Shown here one piece after another: positions 1 through 9,910 of a DNA stretch of 64,000 nt (position 1 is its first letter; each line of letters starts with the position of its first letter). Origin of the DNA: an uncultured Candidatus Saccharibacteria bacterium (GTDB lineage: Bacteria; Patescibacteriota; UBA1384; JAMDBS01; CAYSHH01). The stretch covers positions 82,678 to 146,677 of the forward strand of contig CAYSHH010000001.1 of the NCBI GenBank assembly GCA_964430945.1. Reading direction: 5' to 3'. The notes below the pieces were generated by a model. The model saw only the letters and a program-made list of their open reading frames with translations. It did no database searches and was not told the origin of the DNA. The position numbers and the translations under genes are program-made.

Positions 1-734
1 ACACAAATATTTTTATGCTTTTCGCTAAGAAGTTTGCAAAACATATATTGTGGTTTATTCGTATCCTGATATTCATCTACAAGTATGTATTTAAATAATT
101 CTTGATATTTAGTCAATACTTCAAGATTTTTTTTAAATAATTCAACGGTTAAATTTAAAAGATCATCAAAATCAAGCACATTCATTGATTTTAGTCTTTT
201 CTGATATTCCGCATAAACATCTGCTACTTTTTCTTGAAAATGTCCATCAGCATATTTTCGGTAGCCTTTCGGACTAAGCATCTCACTTTTAGCACTAGAA
301 ATAAAAGATTGTATTGCTCGAGGATTATTTTTTTTAACATCAATTCCTGTATCCTTACAAACTCGTTTCACCAAGCTCAACGAATCCTGACTATCATAAA
401 TAGTAAAACTATTCTCATAACCAAGCTTATCTATGTCACGTTTTAATATTTTCAAACATATCGAATGAAAAGTACCCATCCAGGGTAATTTTAAACTCTC
501 CTGATCCGACAAAAGCTGACTTATTCTTTCTTTCATTTCATTTGCAGCCTTGTTCGTGAAAGTTACCGCTAATATATTGTAAGGAGAAACTTTTTTTTCT
601 TCCACAAGATATGCAATACGATGTGTAAGTGTTTTTGTCTTTCCGGAACCAGCACCAGCCAAAACCAAAACTGGCCCTTCGGTCTGGAGTACAGCTTCCT
701 TCTGCATTTCATTTAAACCATTCAATATATGCAT
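1..734 (-). CDS. pcrA: ATP-dependent DNA helicase PcrA/UvrD, N-terminal part (the gene continues beyond the window start)
   Basis: Minus-strand ATG at 734-732. Translation MHILNGLNEMQKEAVLQTEGPVLVLAGAGSGKTKTLTHRIAYL... carries the Walker A GAGSGKT and the UvrD motif VDEYQDTN. The ORF runs off the window edge. Confidence 0.85.
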   Translation of the reverse strand, partial: MHILNGLNEMQKEAVLQTEGPVLVLAGAGSGKTKTLTHRIAYLVEEKKVSPYNILAVTFTNKAANEMKERISQLLSDQESLKLPWMGTFHSICLKILKRDIDKLGYENSFTIYDSQDSLSLVKRVCKDTGIDVKKNNPRAIQSFISSAKSEMLSPKGYRKYADGHFQEKVADVYAEYQKRLKSMNVLDFDDLLNLTVELFKKNLEVLTKYQELFKYILVDEYQDTNKPQYMFCKLLSEKHKNIC

Positions 735-1155
735 ATGCTCCTTAAAATCACTAATATTTTATTAAAATAATTATTTACAACACAATACTATCTCTAGTGT
801 AATAAATATTACCGATTAAACCAAAAATACATTCATTATTGTGGATAACTATTTCGTATCATTCTGTGGATAACTAGAAAACTACTTATATTTAATTATA
901 TTCTTACCTGTTATATGATCACTGTAGCAAACCCTTGACAAAGATATATATAAATGGGATCATACTATAATTTAGTAAAACATTAAAAAACAGTCACCCT
1001 CAAATAGCAGCGATAGTATGCTTCAAGCAAGTACTCAAAATGTTCTTGGAGCATACTATCTCTACTATGTATCAATTTAACAAAGTAGGGATAATCACAC
1101 AGAAGATATGCATTCTTTCTTATAACCACGTGTTTTAGGAAGGAACGCGGAATAT

Positions 1156-1175
1156 CTCTCTGTGTACACAGAGAG
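1156..1175. terminator. Perfect 20-nt palindrome CTCTCTGTGTACACAGAGAG just downstream of the dnaB stop; possible terminator or protein-binding site
   Basis: Read directly from the sequence. Lies in the 520-bp gap between dnaB and the pcrA start. Confidence 0.4.
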
Positions 1176-1253
1176 CGGTTTGAGAAAGAAGTACGGTAAA
1201 TAATTTAATGATCTGTTTGCCGATTATACTTCACTCGAGCCGCTTTTTAGTTA

Positions 1254-2654
1254 TTAAAAATCTTCCTCTGCAGTATAATTTGTATCTAAAGTCTGAAACT
1301 GGGTTCTCTCGCCACAAAAATACAACTTAACTGAACCAATAGGTCCATTTCTATGCTTTCGGATCAAAACTTCTGCGATATTCTTATCTTCTGTTTCTGG
1401 ATCATAATATTCATCTCTATATATAAACATTACAACATCGGCATCTTGCTCAATTGACCCAGATTCACGAAGATCAGACAGTTGGGGTCGTTTATCAGGC
1501 CTGTGTTCAACTGCACGCGAGAGCTGACTTAAAGCGATAACTGGAACATTTATCTCTCTGGCCAAAGCTTTAAGCCCTCGCGAAATTTCAGAAATCTCTT
1601 GTACCCTATTTACATCACCAGATGTTTTCGATCCTTGCATAAGCTGCAAATAATCAATAATAATTAGTCTTACATCATTTTCCATTTGTAATCTTCGAGC
1701 TTTCGCCCTTATTTCCATAACATTCGAAAAGGGTTGATCATCAATAAAAATTGGTGCTTCTGAAAGAACACCCATGGCATATCCTATCTTGGGAAAATCA
1801 TCTTCTGAAAGTTTTCCGGTTCTAAGCTTCCAAGCATCAATACCAGCTTGAGCACATATCATCCTATCAGCAAGCTGTTCTTTTGATTGCTCCAAAGAAA
1901 AAACCGCAACACCTTTCTTCTCTTTGATCGCAACATGTTCTGCAATATTAAGTGCTAATGAAGTCTTACCCATCGATGGTCTGGCAGCAAGAATTATTAA
2001 ATCCGATGATTGCAATCCTGCTAAAAGATTATCAAGATGTTTAAATCCAGTAGGAAGTCCTTTTACTTTTCCATTGTCATTATGAAGCTCATCCATTCTT
2101 TCAAAAGACTCTGCTAAAATATCTTTTATTGGCACAAAATTCTGATTAGTAGAATTTTGTGATACCGAAAATAGGAGCTGTTCTGATTTGTCTAATATAT
2201 CACTTATTTCATTCTTTTCAGTGAAAGCCAAAGAAGAAATTTCATTGGCAGCGTCGATCAGTCTTCTTAAAGTCCCCTTAGAATGAACAATGTTTGCATA
2301 GTGCACCACATGAGCAGATGTTGGCACCATACTTACAAGATTGGTCAGATATGTCGCTCCACCAATCTCCTTAAGCTTTTTCTTTGATTCTAAATTGTCA
2401 GTCAGGGTAATTACATCAATTGCTCTTCTCTTCTCAAAAAGTTCGATCATCGCTGAATATATTATCCGATGAGAAGGTTCGTAGAAATCATCTGAAAAAA
2501 GTTTATCAGCAATTTTAATAAGACATTTAGAATCAAGAAGTATCGAACCAAGCACTGATTGTTCGGCTTCAACATTCTGCGGTGGTGCAAAAATATTATT
2601 GGTTCTATCCAATATGTCAGACTTCTTACTTTTTTGATAATTTATTTTGGTCAT
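1254..2654 (-). CDS. dnaB: Replicative DNA helicase DnaB
   Basis: 466 aa. DnaB N-terminal domain (NVEAEQSVLGSILLD), Walker A ARPSMGKTSLALNIA, RecA-like C-terminal domain (IIDYLQLM). Confidence 0.95.
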   Translation of the reverse strand: MTKINYQKSKKSDILDRTNNIFAPPQNVEAEQSVLGSILLDSKCLIKIADKLFSDDFYEPSHRIIYSAMIELFEKRRAIDVITLTDNLESKKKLKEIGGATYLTNLVSMVPTSAHVVHYANIVHSKGTLRRLIDAANEISSLAFTEKNEISDILDKSEQLLFSVSQNSTNQNFVPIKDILAESFERMDELHNDNGKVKGLPTGFKHLDNLLAGLQSSDLIILAARPSMGKTSLALNIAEHVAIKEKKGVAVFSLEQSKEQLADRMICAQAGIDAWKLRTGKLSEDDFPKIGYAMGVLSEAPIFIDDQPFSNVMEIRAKARRLQMENDVRLIIIDYLQLMQGSKTSGDVNRVQEISEISRGLKALAREINVPVIALSQLSRAVEHRPDKRPQLSDLRESGSIEQDADVVMFIYRDEYYDPETEDKNIAEVLIRKHRNGPIGSVKLYFCGERTQFQTLDTNYTAEEDF

Positions 2655-2786
2655 ATTTTTTTATATCTATACTTAAATTAATCGTTGATATACTCATCAT
2701 AAAAAAAACTGTCATCTTTGACAATTCTTCCTGTCAAAAAATATTGTGAGGATAGACAGAGGAAAAGAAGTGGATAGATCTAATCT

Positions 2787-4349
2787 CTATTCACCAAATA
2801 CATCCATCGCCTCTGACGCCAATTCATTTTCTTCACTCTTGTTGTCTTTACTACTACTCATCTGAGATATCTTCTGAACCAAATTAGAATCAACTACAAA
2901 CTTAAGCTGGCATTTATTATTGGTATATTTTTCAATACACGCACATATTTCTTGATAAACCAACTTATTCTCTAATTTATCTTTGTATAACTTAAATTCA
3001 ACCCCAATAACCAGTTTGTCATCTTCTACTTTGAGAGGTGCTGAATTCTTAAGAATAATTTTGAGTGAATGATTTTTCGCCATCTTACCAACTATATTTC
3101 TCCAATCATTCTTAATCTTCTTAATATCAATTTTTACATTTTTAGTCTCACTCTGAAGTTCTTTTTTGTCTACCAAATCAATCTTCTTTTCTATAACAAC
3201 TTTTTTCTCTACAGTTTTTTTATTCTCCTTAGATTCAACATTTTTTACATCTATTGGCACAACGATATTTTCCTTCTCGCCAATTAGATTAAAAACTGCT
3301 ATCTCGAGTGGCAAATAGCTAAGACTAGTATTTTTTAAATCCTGGTTTACTTTGATAAATGTTTCAATATATTTTACAATCATCTGGCTATTTATACGCT
3401 CAACGATTGATAAGATTTTTTTCTTTTCTTCATCTGTAGTATGATTTAAAACTTCGATATAATCATATTTTATTAATAATATTTTTCTCAAGTACTCTAC
3501 CAATTCAATTGCAAACTGTTCTAGATCAGCCCCTCCGTCATAAAGTCGATGGATCAATCCAATAATTTTTTTTACATCCTTATTTAATAAATAATCAATA
3601 AACTTATATATTGACTCCTGAGAAGCTAGACCCAAAATATCTCTAGTCGCTATCTCATCAATCTTTTCTGAAACATTTGATACTTGATCAAGAAGGGATA
3701 TTGCATCTCTCATACCACCCCTAGACACATTGGCAATTATCCTTATTGATTCCTTGTCAATATTAATTCCTTCTTTTTTTGCAATCTCAGAAAGTCTATT
3801 CGCTATATTTAAGACACTATGAAGATAGAAATCGAATTGCTGAGTTCTAGAAATAATTGTATCAGGAACCTTATGAAGCTCTGTTGTTGCCAATATAAAA
3901 ACAACATGCTTCGGTGGCTCCTCCAAAGTCTTTAATAGTGCATTAAATGCCTCTCTAGTAAGCATATGTACTTCATCAATAATAAACACTTTATATCGTT
4001 TACCGGATGCTGCAAAACGCACCTTGTCACGTAGTGCTCTTATTTCGTCTATACCTCTATTGGATGCTGCATCTATTTCGATGATATCCATCGCAGTCCC
4101 TTCATTGATTTCTCTACAGGATTGACATTTATTACATGGTTCAAAACCATTATTCTTTCGCTCAACACAGTTAAGTGATTTTGCCAAAAGCCTTGCCATT
4201 GTAGTTTTTCCTGTTCCTCGAGGACCTGAAAAAAGATATGCATGAGCAATTTTATTGGTAGATATAGCACTCGTAATTACCTTAACTACATGTGTCTGTC
4301 CAACGACCTCAGAAAACTTTTGTGATCGATATTTTGTATATAGATTCAT
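2787..4349 (-). CDS. dnaX: DNA polymerase III subunit gamma/tau
   Basis: 520 aa. AAA+ Walker A GPRGTGKTT, zinc module CNKCQSCREI, clamp-loader sensor motifs. Confidence 0.93.
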   Translation of the reverse strand: MNLYTKYRSQKFSEVVGQTHVVKVITSAISTNKIAHAYLFSGPRGTGKTTMARLLAKSLNCVERKNNGFEPCNKCQSCREINEGTAMDIIEIDAASNRGIDEIRALRDKVRFAASGKRYKVFIIDEVHMLTREAFNALLKTLEEPPKHVVFILATTELHKVPDTIISRTQQFDFYLHSVLNIANRLSEIAKKEGINIDKESIRIIANVSRGGMRDAISLLDQVSNVSEKIDEIATRDILGLASQESIYKFIDYLLNKDVKKIIGLIHRLYDGGADLEQFAIELVEYLRKILLIKYDYIEVLNHTTDEEKKKILSIVERINSQMIVKYIETFIKVNQDLKNTSLSYLPLEIAVFNLIGEKENIVVPIDVKNVESKENKKTVEKKVVIEKKIDLVDKKELQSETKNVKIDIKKIKNDWRNIVGKMAKNHSLKIILKNSAPLKVEDDKLVIGVEFKLYKDKLENKLVYQEICACIEKYTNNKCQLKFVVDSNLVQKISQMSSSKDNKSEENELASEAMDVFGE

Positions 4350-4498
4350 AATCGCTCATTCCAAACGCTAATTATATTGACTCATTATTCCCACAATTTC
4401 ATAACTCATAAAAATAACACCGCACATAAGTGTTAATGTTTATACTATTTAAAAATTTATATTATCTGCGATAAATAATCAATGCTAAATTATCTCAA

Positions 4499-4918
4499 CT
4501 ACTGTGCAGATTGTTCTATTTTTTTCCTATTTTCAGCGATTACATTCTCAATTTTTTCTACAACTTCCTTTGGCATAACTTCTGATTTAACGATATAATC
4601 ACTTGCTCCATCTGCAATACCTTTTTGTTTATGGTTTTCCTGAGACAAAGATGTAAGTATGATTACCGGAATATTCTTCGTTTCTGGAGTTGATTTGATG
4701 ATATTTAAAACATCAAAACCGTTCACTTTTGGCATCATTACATCAAGAAGCATTACATGAGGCAAACTTTCTACAGCCTTAGAAAGTGCAACTTCACCAT
4801 TAGGAGCCGTTATTACATCATATCCAGAAGCCTCAAGCCTCTCCTTGTACATATCCAAAAGTGTCTTGTCATCGTCTACTACAAGTACTCTAGTTTTGGG
4901 AGAATTGTCATCATTCAT
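4499..4918 (-). CDS. Single-domain response regulator (CheY-like receiver only)
   Basis: The receiver domain begins at MNDDNSPKTRVLVVDDD (start set to ATG 4918 to remove overlap with the upstream kinase). Conserved acidic pocket, LLDVMMP phospho-acceptor region, conserved T and K. No output domain. Confidence 0.8.
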   Translation of the reverse strand: MNDDNSPKTRVLVVDDDKTLLDMYKERLEASGYDVITAPNGEVALSKAVESLPHVMLLDVMMPKVNGFDVLNIIKSTPETKNIPVIILTSLSQENHKQKGIADGASDYIVKSEVMPKEVVEKIENVIAENRKKIEQSAQ

Positions 4919-4973
4919 ATTTATCCCATTAATTAATGATATTATATCACAAAAGAAATTTATAAAAACTAGT

Positions 4974-7184
4974 CTAATTTTGTTTCTTTTCTTTCTCCCT
5001 AGGTAGACTAAATGAGAACACACTTCCTTTACCAATCTCTGAATCAACCTGGATCAATCCACCCATAAGCTCAATAATCTGCTTGGTTATATAAAGCCCT
5101 AAACCGGTTCCCTGGGCCCCAGAGTTATCTGCGTTCGAAGCTCTATAAAATTTCTCAAACAAATGCGCAATCTCATCTTTTGGTATACCAACACCAGTAT
5201 CGATAACTGATACTCTGACTACAGACAAAGAAAAATCAGCTCTTACTTTCACAGAACCTTTGTCGGTGTATTTAATCGCATTACTTATAAGATTAACCAA
5301 CGCTTGATGTACTCTTTCTGGATCTGCCCAAACTTGCGGCAAATCTCTATCCAAACCCTCTGCCGCAAATTCTAATTTCTTCTCATTCGCCTTAGGTTGC
5401 ATTTCTGCCACAACCTGCTGAATCATCGCTTTCAGATCAAAATTCTTACTCTGAATAATAATTCTCCCACCCTCGATACGCGATACATTAAGAAGATCCT
5501 TTACCAACCCAGCCAACCTTTTCGAAGAAGCATAAACATTTTCTAGATATTTTCTTGCCTGAGGATCAACTTTCCCCATACCTTCATCCAATATCATTGA
5601 AAGATATCCTTCGATAGCAGAAGTAGGAGTCAAAAGCTCGTGTGAAGCAATCGATACAAATTCACTCTTAAGTTGATCTTCTTCATAAAATCTTGCTTTC
5701 TCAATTGCCATAGCTGTCTGATTAGCTACACTAGATAATAGCTCCAGATCACTATCAGAAAAAATATCACCTGACTTCTTAGCGCCGAGAATAAAAACAC
5801 CAATCAAGCGTCCTTTTACAATAATAGGGATAGACACTTCTGATTTTAGATTTTTAAGCTCAAGTATTGTATTTTTAACAATTTCATCGGTTGCTCCATT
5901 CACTTCAATCTCTCTTTCTAGCTCTTCAGTAATTATCGGTCTAGAATCGATTCTAATATTACATTTTTTTACAGATCTGTTTTCTTCATCCTTAGAATCC
6001 TTACAAGTAACTTGTTTGTGTAATTTCACATACTGCTCAAAATAAGCTATCAAATGTTTATCAGGATTAAGTGTGATTTTCTCTTCGCCATACCCAACAC
6101 TCTTAGCACGTTTCACGATCATTCTTTTTGTCTCAGGATCGTGTGTAAGTACGAATGCCCCAGCGCGCGTCAAACGCATCTCAGTAACCAATATTCCAAT
6201 TATTGAAGTAAGAGCCTCGTCAAGATCTAAAACACTTGAGAGAATACTTGAAAGCTTATTGAGTACATCTTGTGGCTTATATTCTCCCTTAAATAAAAAG
6301 CTGTCTGTCCATTTTGTTAAGATTCGACGCAAAGGATCGAATCCGGCAACTATAAAAATTGTTGCAATAAGGCTCGGGGCTATTGTTTTAACAGTTATCG
6401 CTCCACCAGTGCCAAAAATTTGAGCAAACACTAAAATAACTAGCGAATACACACCCAAAACAAAAGCAAGAAGTATTGAGTAAACAACAGTTCTTTTTAT
6501 AATTACCCGAATATCGAATAAATGGTGTGCGAGAATAGAATATGAAGTAAAAAAAACAAAGAATACCAAACCGTATAAACCTAGTCGTGTAATTTTTGGA
6601 AAATCGGGCAACGCATAAGGCAATACCAAATTTGATATTGCAGCTACTACAACAGTTATCATTAAACCGAGCAATACAAAAAGGATTCTAGACCTTTCAA
6701 GCCCAGCTGACTTTTTATATTTCAAAAATAAAATCGTAATCCCAGCTGCCGCAAAACCAAAAATAAAGATATCATAAACAACCTCTAATTGACCAAATAC
6801 AACATCGTATCCATCCATAAAAAAATCCAAACCAGACACAATAAGATTTGTCGTTAAAGAAAGATAAGATATGCCCAAAACTATAAATAGCAATAAAATT
6901 TTATATATTCTACTAATTTCAAACTTTGTAAATTCTATACAAAAAACAAAAACTAAATAAGTTACAAGTATGCCCAAAGAGAAATCTACTTTGGTCATAA
7001 TCAAGGCTCGATTGATATCACCAATCTCATCGACCAGATAATTACTTGCAACCCACCCAACAATAAATATAGACAATAACCCAAAAACCTGATTAACAAC
7101 ATTTTTAGGATTTTTTGAAAATACAAAAACACCAAGGAATAAATCAACAATCAAGATCAATATAAAAATAATTAACTCAAACAT
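4974..7184 (-). CDS. Sensor histidine kinase with multi-pass membrane N-terminal domain
   Basis: 736 aa. About 8 predicted TM helices, GAF-like central region, HisKA H-box SHELLTPTSAIEGY, HATPase_c N/G boxes (NAIKYT, DTGVGIP, GLGLYI). Confidence 0.9.
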   Translation of the reverse strand: MFELIIFILILIVDLFLGVFVFSKNPKNVVNQVFGLLSIFIVGWVASNYLVDEIGDINRALIMTKVDFSLGILVTYLVFVFCIEFTKFEISRIYKILLLFIVLGISYLSLTTNLIVSGLDFFMDGYDVVFGQLEVVYDIFIFGFAAAGITILFLKYKKSAGLERSRILFVLLGLMITVVVAAISNLVLPYALPDFPKITRLGLYGLVFFVFFTSYSILAHHLFDIRVIIKRTVVYSILLAFVLGVYSLVILVFAQIFGTGGAITVKTIAPSLIATIFIVAGFDPLRRILTKWTDSFLFKGEYKPQDVLNKLSSILSSVLDLDEALTSIIGILVTEMRLTRAGAFVLTHDPETKRMIVKRAKSVGYGEEKITLNPDKHLIAYFEQYVKLHKQVTCKDSKDEENRSVKKCNIRIDSRPIITEELEREIEVNGATDEIVKNTILELKNLKSEVSIPIIVKGRLIGVFILGAKKSGDIFSDSDLELLSSVANQTAMAIEKARFYEEDQLKSEFVSIASHELLTPTSAIEGYLSMILDEGMGKVDPQARKYLENVYASSKRLAGLVKDLLNVSRIEGGRIIIQSKNFDLKAMIQQVVAEMQPKANEKKLEFAAEGLDRDLPQVWADPERVHQALVNLISNAIKYTDKGSVKVRADFSLSVVRVSVIDTGVGIPKDEIAHLFEKFYRASNADNSGAQGTGLGLYITKQIIELMGGLIQVDSEIGKGSVFSFSLPREKEKKQN

Positions 7185-7260
7185 AATTTTTATTTTATTT
7201 ATTTAATTATAAGATAGTTCATATAATTAATAAAGCCGCGCACATGCGCGGCTTACCATT

Positions 7261-7776
7261 TCATTTCAAAAATATTTTTTTAATTATCGCTATGCCACCA
7301 CTATAGATTAAACACCATATGATGGCAGTGATAAAAGAAAAAAATACATTCAAATAATATACACATGGGCGTTTCCGTCCAAGTATGTACATTATTATCG
7401 CAGTCACCGAAGGACTAACCACAATTGCTGTTTTAAGACATATAAACCAAAAACCAATGGCCATTGCCTTTTTAGCAGTTTCGGCCATATCCTTCTTTTT
7501 TTTATCGATATATTCATCTATTCTCTTATCTAAACCCGTATTTTCACATAACCATGTTGTGGTTATTGAAAAAAAGGAAAATAGACAGGTAGTCAATAAT
7601 ATCGCGATAGCAATATGGAATTTACCAACCATCGCAATCGTCCAGGCTTCCTCAAAGAAAAAAACTGAAGCCTGGGTGACAAACAATCCGATTAGAACTA
7701 ATATTTTTTTCAAAAAAATCACCTCGGCTTCAGATTTTAAAAAACCATTTCCAGAGCCATGGAAAAGGCCAGCCAT
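7261..7776 (-). CDS. Small polytopic membrane protein (YqaA/DedA-like, tentative)
   Basis: 171 aa, 4-5 hydrophobic helices. The 5' end overlaps the GNAT gene, so the true start may be internal. Confidence 0.45.
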   Translation of the reverse strand: MAGLFHGSGNGFLKSEAEVIFLKKILVLIGLFVTQASVFFFEEAWTIAMVGKFHIAIAILLTTCLFSFFSITTTWLCENTGLDKRIDEYIDKKKKDMAETAKKAMAIGFWFICLKTAIVVSPSVTAIIMYILGRKRPCVYYLNVFFSFITAIIWCLIYSGGIAIIKKIFLK

Positions 7777-8392
7777 AAAACGGATTTTTCCACTTCATAA
7801 GCACTCCGTAATTACAGCTCTCAGGATCCTCGAAATAGTTCTCAATCAGCCGAACAATCTTCAATCCGGCCTTTTCATAAAGATATATTTCGGGATCCAT
7901 CGGCTTACCAAGCCGATTTCTTTTGCCAATATATTCCTGAGCAGTCATTTGTTTTTTCTTCTTATAATACCTAGGCATGCGACTACCCAGAAAAACATTT
8001 TTCACTCCATATTCAATCGCCAGTCGAGCAACAGCCTCCATGAGCTCGACCGATACCCCACTAGACGCATGAGGTGAAACACTTAGATTAATCCCATAAA
8101 GTGCATCACTCTCTGTCTCAGGAAATCCATTTCCATCATTAGAAATCTTATACCAAGTTAAACCCTCGGTATATTTGATAAATTGAGAATCGATCCATAT
8201 CACATTAATAAAACCCTGGATCTTTCCTCCGACTTCAGCGACGACATTTCCACCAGGAAAGTTATCGATAAGGTTTTCGAGATTTTTCTCAGAAAACTGA
8301 AATTTACCCTCCCATGCTTCACCCTCAACCTGAAGCATTTGGGAAATATCGCTGAGCAGAGCTTTTCTGATTGTTACTTTTTTCTTCATCAT
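7730..8392 (-). CDS. GNAT family N-acetyltransferase
   Basis: Start placed at MMKKK (ATG 8392) behind a strong SD AAAGGAG. Acetyl-CoA binding-like GINLSV...GVSVELMEAVARLA region. Confidence 0.7.
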   Translation of the reverse strand: MMKKKVTIRKALLSDISQMLQVEGEAWEGKFQFSEKNLENLIDNFPGGNVVAEVGGKIQGFINVIWIDSQFIKYTEGLTWYKISNDGNGFPETESDALYGINLSVSPHASSGVSVELMEAVARLAIEYGVKNVFLGSRMPRYYKKKKQMTAQEYIGKRNRLGKPMDPEIYLYEKAGLKIVRLIENYFEDPESCNYGVLMKWKNPFYGWPFPWLWKWFFKI

Positions 8393-8499
8393 TACATCTC
8401 CTTTGTTTAAGATCAAAAAATTTAGACACTTTAGAGTATCATAAAACACTCTCCAAGTCAATGCAAAGTTTAATCAAAAGTATATAAAATTATATAATA

Positions 8500-8703
8500 T
8501 TACTTATCTGTATTTTTCTCTTTAACAATAGATATAGCCTCAGATGGACATGCATCGATTGCTTGCTCAATACACTCCTTATTCGCTTCTAGATCAGCCT
8601 CTTTTTTCACAATAGCTTTATCGTCTTTTAATTCAAATACGTCTTCACAAAGAGATGCACAAGTACCACAAGCAGTACAGTCATCATTTATTATTACCTT
8701 CAT
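8500..8703 (-). CDS. 4Fe-4S single-cluster ferredoxin
   Basis: 67 aa, MKVIINDDCTACGTCASLCEDVF...CPSEAI (CxxCxxC...CP). SD GGAGA 6 nt upstream. The longer listed ORF would overlap the tRNA-Glu gene. Confidence 0.85.
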   Translation of the reverse strand: MKVIINDDCTACGTCASLCEDVFELKDDKAIVKKEADLEANKECIEQAIDACPSEAISIVKEKNTDK

Positions 8704-8746
8704 AAATCTCCTTTCAAATTTTATATATTTATAACAAAATAATTTT

Positions 8747-8821
8747 TGGCAGTCCCAAGGGGAATCGAACCCCTGTTTCAAGCTTGAGAAGCTTACGTCC
8801 TAGCCGCTAGACGATGGGACC
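8747..8821 (-). tRNA. tRNA-Glu (anticodon CTC)
   Basis: Manual cloverleaf: GGTCCCA acceptor, anticodon loop TTCTCAA, T-loop GGTTCGATTCC, CCA encoded. Confidence 0.85.
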
Positions 8822-8939
8822 ATATTTGGTATTATTTATTTTAAAAAATATTCAGACATAAAAAACAATGTCTAAGTTCACAAAGTTAATTACGCATAAA
8901 AATACTACCAAAATGATAGTATATTGTAAATAATATCAA

Positions 8940-9326
8940 TTACTTATCCCACCCAATAATCTTTTTGACTTTCTCGACTACATCTCCAGGCATTGTCTCT
9001 GATTTAGAAAGAAACTCCACTGCTCCCGCATTGCTTGCCAATCTCTTAAATTCATCTCTTGGATACGCAGTAAGTATAATAACTGGAATACTCTGATATA
9101 TAGGATTTGACTTAATTATCTGAATTATTTCAATACCTCCTTTGCCTGGAAGCATTAAATCCAAAAGTACAATATCTGGTTTTTCTTCAGCCAATCGTTT
9201 CATCGCCATGTCACCATATCTTTCAGTAACAACGATAAACTTTTCCTTTTCAAATCGAATCTTATACATCTCCATTAGTTTCTCGTCATCTTCTACTATC
9301 AATATAACAGGTCTTAGTTCTCCCAT
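8940..9326 (-). CDS. Single-domain response regulator (CheY-like receiver)
   Basis: MGELRPVILIVEDDE..., LLDLMLPG, conserved T/K. No output domain. Start overlaps the stop of the upstream PfpI gene by 1 nt. Confidence 0.8.
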   Translation of the reverse strand: MGELRPVILIVEDDEKLMEMYKIRFEKEKFIVVTERYGDMAMKRLAEEKPDIVLLDLMLPGKGGIEIIQIIKSNPIYQSIPVIILTAYPRDEFKRLASNAGAVEFLSKSETMPGDVVEKVKKIIGWDK

Positions 9327-9327
9327 T

Positions 9328-9840
9328 TTACACCTCACCTATCATATATAATATTTTCTCTGCAAATTCGCAAACCGCCCCGGGACCATTCGCTGTCACA
9401 ATATTTGCATCCACCTGTACGTCATTTGTTGTATATTCCGCATTAGCATCATCTAAATATTTACGATGTTTCGAAGATATAGTAGCTTTTTTCCCATTCA
9501 AAATTCCCGATCTTGCCAAAATAGCTGGAGCAACACAGATTGCCCCAATAATTTTTCCTTCATCATTAAAACCTCGAATAATATCAAGTAACATTTCATT
9601 ATCGAGATAAACTATTGCCCCAGATCCACCAACAAATATAATTGCATCAAAATCATTTACGCCAATATCCTCAATTGTCAAATCTGGTTCAATCTTAGTT
9701 CCCCTACTTCCTATACAAGTATTATACTCTTTACTAGCAGTTAAAACTTCAATACCATTTTGCTCTAGTATATCTTTAGGAATTTGATATTCCTTATCTT
9801 GAAAATCTTTTGGTGCTATGACCAATAGAACAGTTTTCAT
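9328..9840 (-). CDS. DJ-1/PfpI family protein (glutamine amidotransferase-like protease/deglycase)
   Basis: 170 aa. Nucleophile elbow AICVAP, conserved FVGGSG. Confidence 0.85.
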   Translation of the reverse strand: MKTVLLVIAPKDFQDKEYQIPKDILEQNGIEVLTASKEYNTCIGSRGTKIEPDLTIEDIGVNDFDAIIFVGGSGAIVYLDNEMLLDIIRGFNDEGKIIGAICVAPAILARSGILNGKKATISSKHRKYLDDANAEYTTNDVQVDANIVTANGPGAVCEFAEKILYMIGEV

Positions 9841-9910
9841 ACTAAGCTGATCATATCAACAAAAATCCCTTCGGTAAAGAAGAGATTTTTATCACCCCGA
9901 TATTTGATAC

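Noticed and set aside
7385-8077. 230-aa plus-strand ORF
   Set aside because: Antisense to the membrane-protein and GNAT genes. Low-complexity translation and no motif. Typical AT-rich shadow ORF.
8704-8781. N-terminal extension of the ferredoxin ORF (MKQGFDSPWDC...)
   Set aside because: The extension runs into the tRNA-Glu gene. A good SD precedes the internal MKVIINDDC start, which yields a canonical 67-aa ferredoxin.
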